DNA from: Takakia lepidozioides
Lineage: Eukaryota; Plantae; Bryophyta
NCBI GenBank assembly: GCA_030704615.1
Contig: CM060731.1
Span: 76,074,001-76,138,000, forward strand
DNA: 64,000 bases
Direction of reading: 5' to 3'
Made by a program: the position numbers and the translations under genes. Position 1 is the first letter of the stretch. Each line of letters opens with the position of its first letter. Shown here piece by piece: positions 61,901-64,000 of the stretch. The notes under the pieces are model-generated. The model searched no databases, was not told the origin of the DNA, and saw only the letters and a list, made by a program, of their open reading frames with translations.

Positions 61901-63065
61901 ACCTGGTGAAAATTGTGCAGCTGAGAATGGGTATCAAAGCTTAAAGATGGGCTATTAAACTACCTGGAAAGCAGCTGGATATACAGCATCCTTGAAGCGG
62001 ATCATCCAATTCCAGGCATCCATCAGAGGCTTCTCCACCTGTCCTGTATAGATGCCCTGTGCTTCCAGAGAACAGATGTGACAACATATCAAAGAGTTCA
62101 GTTAACAAGTCCCACAGGAATTACAGGAAGAGACATAGCATGAAGAGCATCCATCTGCCACATAGTTAATAGTGACAATGGCAGCTTACTAACAACAATT
62201 TCCACAGAACTATCAATGAAGAACCTTGAACGTATGCCAAGCAATTCGACCCTCAATGTAGCTGGAAAAAGGGTGAAAGATCTCAAGGGTGCATTGAAGA
62301 GGATGCACATTCCAGCCCTAAAATAATAGGCAACAAAGTCTGATCGCCATAACTTCCTCAAAAACCCTGGCCTCCTCAATTTTAGGATTGATTAAGCCTC
62401 GGGGGCATAGACCCTACTCCCTCTTTGAACATTGCAGAATCTTAGTGGGGTGTGGCCCGCATGTGCGTGCGTATGTGAAAAGAGACGTAGAGAGAGAGAG
62501 AGAGAGAGAGAGTGTGTGTGTGCGACAGGGGTACCACCTGCAATGCGACTTGTTCAAGAGTGCTGCGATAGATGTTGCTACCGCTGGTGATAGCACGTCG
62601 AGCAACCGCAGGTGTAGCGTCGCGCAACAAAGCCAGCAACACAGGCACCATGGTAGGTACATGTTCCACATGCTGCACACCTATACCTTCTATCATCCTG
62701 CAATTAAGAACTTCTCCGGTGAGTCCGCATCGTATGTGCTGTCTCTCCTATTCGAAAACTCCACTGCGGGAGATCCAAAATGCAAAGTACTGCCTGCAAA
62801 CACAAACAGAGCAAACAACAGACAGAGGAGGACAGAAAAATACATACTCCGCAAGGTACTTTCGGACAGGGCTGCCAGGCTCCGTCTGAAGCTCCATTAG
62901 GTATGGCACAAACTCGGGAAGCAACGATGGGTCTCTGTGCAACACTGTCTCCATCACATTCTTTAAAAGATCTGCCTTGGACGAAGCATCTCCCTGCATT
63001 TTCGCCTCATTCAAGAGCTCCACCGCCTGCTCCCTTGCCCCTCCCATCCTTCCCACCATCGCCAT
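46983..63065 (-). CDS. SYMPK: Symplekin (ESP4/Pta1-like polyadenylation scaffold), ~27 exons
   Basis: Exon peptides MAMVGRM..SPVRKYLAE, LLRDATPAVARRAI, DGVRLLAVKFVETTILLFTPDP, GGHPVLD, SLAGIAKRRP, WRDRLVAALRSMN, RRDPRR/DPRRVDPRR, GHELALHVLY, DKSLSRLLGEAP, ERITQGLSALWSLILQRPP, VANKLYPL, AQRCMSLFFALCTK, GSAHTGPALTPAEVLIALH, PLPLLFMRTVIQA-like and IWKLPKLWMGFLKCA. Stop at 46983-46985. Confidence 0.93.
48293..48467. mobile_element. Intronic MITE-like repeat, related to ~26230-26402
   Basis: CAGGGTTAGAAAAGTGGCTATA..GGTCAAAATCTG..GCCAGAAAAAAAAAACACTG; the same blocks occur at 26230-26402. No TSD seen. Confidence 0.6.
55131..55203 (+). repeat. LINE/SINE 3'-end-like repeat copy (stem-loop plus CATTT tail) in a symplekin intron
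   Basis: TTTTGTCCCATAAGCTCTTTGAGCTTTCCCGCGGATGTTATAAAGTATCATTTCATTTCATGTCATTTCAT. Confidence 0.7.
62489..62522. repeat. Compound (AG)n(TG)n microsatellite in symplekin intron 2
   Basis: Read directly from the sequence. Confidence 0.9.
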
Positions 63066-64000
63066 CTCCCTCGCTCCTCTCCTCCTCCGCTCTCCCACTC
63101 CCCTTCCAACCCTCGCTACCCTACTACATCGATCACTGGGCCGGGATTCACACTTAATTGTCCCTTGAACCCTTCCTACCACCCTAACCTAACCTAGCCT
63201 TAAATTAAATTTTCATGAACCTAACCCTAACCCTACTTTACAAACAAATTTTTGTGTTCAGGGCCAGTCTCTTTGACTTCGACTAACTTCTTTTTGGCAC
63301 TGTGGACGAGGCTTGAAGGAACATTGAAGATGCATACCAGGCCTACTAGCCCTACATTGGTAGAGTGATATATATCACATTCATCAGTCATGCTTTGGTT
63401 CTCAATAACAGTAACACTGTTCCCTTCTTCAAGCGCCCGTGGTTTGAGTGCCTTAGTGCCCTTTTATGAAAAGATAGGCAAATGCACCCCAATGCGGTAC
63501 CCCAAGTCGTCAAAAAAACAAGTGGCTAAACGCGTAATGGCTTCACCCTCCAATAGAGAATATATAAGAAAATACTAATATGAAATGATATTAACAACTT
63601 GAAAGCTATGTATATAAGTTTGTGATTTGTCCAATATGCCTATCTAACTCCAAATATGCATTGTTGGTTTGGTGTATTTGTCCAAATGTGATACAATTGT
63701 GAACCATAAATTGCAGTTTACATGAATTGAAGTATCATGCTAATCATCATGCCCTTCGACTGACACCTCCCACTGGCCTCAACAATCCCCGAGCTATGAC
63801 AATTTGACCGGACTGAGGTCAGCTGGAAATACATAAAAGTTGCCACTAAAACGAAGCTTCATTTTCATAGATAAATTGTGATGCAGCCTGTAGGCTTGGA
63901 TTCATAAAATGGATATGAAGACAATTCAAGGCTTAGTCTGTCGCGCACCACATTTCATAAACTCCCATTCAAGTCATAGTTAGAGTCGGGTTCCATAAGC

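Noticed and set aside
63180-63236. CCCTAA-like repeats as an interstitial telomere
   Set aside because: Only two or three degenerate units; more likely telo-box-like promoter motifs of symplekin.

Overview
Eukaryotic land-plant nuclear DNA, probably from a bryophyte (inferred from the style of the PLS-DYW PPR genes, the intron-rich genes and the repeat content; not proven). Most ORFs in the track are exon fragments or antisense shadows. Five apparently intact genes can be read by hand: a ~15-exon CMP-sialic acid/nucleotide-sugar transporter (-, 48..6479), a single-exon arginine decarboxylase (+, 35612..37852) with a GC-rich hairpin and a uORF in its leader, a 3-exon group-3 LEA protein (+, 39091..41150), a single-exon PLS-E1-E2-DYW RNA-editing factor (+, 43862..45718) and a ~27-exon symplekin (-, 46983..63065). 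The interval ~7-34 kb is an accessory, TE-rich region. It holds a decayed PLS-PPR tandem array (a paralog of the intact editing factor) split by a clean 845-bp CACTA insertion, a chromoviral Ty3/gypsy remnant, several MITEs, Helitron-like and tRNA-derived SINE-like elements, and a 52-bp TIR pair 7.9 kb apart. The most interesting hypothesis is that the whole PPR array sits between mirrored CACTA subterminal arrays, i.e. a Pack-CACTA that carries and shuffles RNA-editing recognition modules. Exon coordinates were read by eye and may be off by a few bases.
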